This document shows positions 62,709-64,000 of a DNA stretch of 64,000 nt, piece by piece; the stretch's first letter is position 1, and every line of letters begins with the position of its first letter. The notes beneath the pieces are model-generated. The model was not told where the DNA came from, did not search any database, and saw nothing but the letters and a program-made list of their open reading frames with translations. The position numbers were made by a program, and so were the translations under genes. This DNA comes from Mobula hypostoma. Taxonomy: Eukaryota. The stretch spans positions 21,578,001-21,642,000 of the forward strand of contig NC_086118.1 of assembly GCF_963921235.1 (NCBI RefSeq). The letters run 5' to 3'.

Positions 62709-63242
62709 TGTCAGCATGCTGAAGCAGGAACCCAATCGCAGACCCAGTACTGTACACACTGTGATATTTACTGAGTAGCAAATCCAGAGGGGCAACAAAG
62801 TCAGTGTCAAAGTTCAAGCAGAGATCAAAAATTCCAGAGAAATCCAAAAACCAGAATCGGGAAACAGGCAGAGTTGATATTTGGACAGACAGAGTTCAGA
62901 TACAAATGTTGGAACAGCTCAGGAAAATTCACTGGCACAATCTGGCAACAAACAGGTGAAAACACAGGACTGAAATACACTGAGCAATAAACAGAGAGGC
63001 GGATGATAGGTGGAGCACAATGAGACACAGGTGGCAGCAAAACAGGTAATAATGAGAAACAGGTGAGAGGCTGAGTACTCAGTAATACCGGGGCCGGAGT
63101 AGAGGAGGAGCAGGAGCAGGAGCAGGGACAGGAGCACATGGGGCATGAAAACAAACAAGAGCACATGGCAATACAAAACCACAGACAGACGGCTAGGGGG
63201 GAAAACACACAAGAAGGCAGAATTCAGCTGGAGGCGCTGACA
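62709..63242 (-). repeat. Gypsy 5' LTR
   Basis: TG...CA ends; gag ATG lies 16 nt downstream. Confidence 0.95.
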
Positions 63243-63807
63243 TGTTCTGAGAACTAACATAGTCTCAATGTACAGATTGGCCTGTGGGAAGATGAGTGCC
63301 GGGTGGTTTTGCAACAGGAAGGCTGTTACTTGTGGGAATGCTAGAGACTAGTATTCTGCCCTTACTTTTTGTGGGTTATCTTAATGAATTACACTTCAAG
63401 GACTTGATAAGAAGTTCCAATGTTTGGTACAGAAATTGGTCATGTTCACGGTGAGAAGGAATATACAGATGGTCTGGTCAGTTGGTCAGAAAAGTAGCAA
63501 ATGGAACTTAATTGGAGAGATATGAGGTATTTCATTTGGGTAGGTGTAAGAAGGTAAGGCAATGCATAAAAAATGGAAGGATACCGAGAGATCTGTAGGA
63601 ATAATGGCAGCTTGGAGTATATATTCACAGATTCTTAAAGGTAGCAAAACAGTAATTAAGATAGTTAAAAATAAACACAAAATGCTTTCCTTAGTTGAGG
63701 TTTGAAAAAATTAGAACAGGGACATGATGCTAGAACTACAGCACTCGTTAGGAGGCAGCTTTTGTGTTGTCCACAGGTCTTGTCATATCCTTAAAGGAGG
63801 AATTTCC

Positions 63808-64000
63808 TTGTCTTTCTTCCTGAACCTCCTGTCCCATGATCCTCTCATACCCCTTTTGCCAATCACCTGTCCAGCTCTTGGCTCCATCCCTCCCCCTCCT
63901 GTCTTCTCCTATCATTTTGGATCTCCCCCTCCCCCTCCAACTTTCAAATCCCTTACTCACTCTTCCTTCAGTTAGTCCTGACGAAGGGTCTCGGCCTGAA
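63808..64000 (+). mobile_element. Penelope pLTR with hammerhead motif cut by the window end
   Basis: Closely similar to 55476-55666; CTGACGA at 63978-63984. Confidence 0.9.

Larger units (their letters stand above)
57885..63242 (-). mobile_element. Full-length decayed Ty3/Gypsy chromovirus (Tf1/sushi group)
   Basis: LTRs at 57885-58410 and 62709-63242 (TGTCA...TGACA); 5-bp TSD TGTTC; PPT at 58411-58424; gag-PR-RT-RH-IN-chromodomain order. Confidence 0.96.

Noticed and set aside
1..64000. Host protein-coding genes among the listed ORFs
   Set aside because: Recognisable ORFs are TE-derived or antisense to TEs; the rest are short, low-complexity and lack convincing splice context.

Overview
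Eukaryotic, repeat-dominated intergenic or intronic DNA. The repeat set (CR1 LINEs, Rex1/Babar LINEs, HE1-like V-SINEs, abundant Penelope-like elements) suggests a cartilaginous fish, probably a ray (inference). No host protein-coding exon can be supported. Nearly all ORFs in the track are decayed transposon reading frames or their antisense shadows. Main elements: a complete but decayed Tf1/sushi-type chromoviral Gypsy provirus (57885-63242, minus); a complete decayed GalEa-like Copia provirus with three nested insertions (42983-49077, minus); four solo LTRs; several Penelope copies with hammerhead-ribozyme motifs; hAT and Chapaev3-type DNA transposons with TIRs and TSDs; and several SINE families. 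The most interesting signals are RNA-level. These are an HDV-like ribozyme fold at the exact 5' end of a short non-autonomous RTE-like element, two families of minimal hammerhead ribozymes, and a tRNA-independent self-priming site in the Gypsy element. Family names come from motif recognition only; no search was run. Boundaries without a TSD are approximate.
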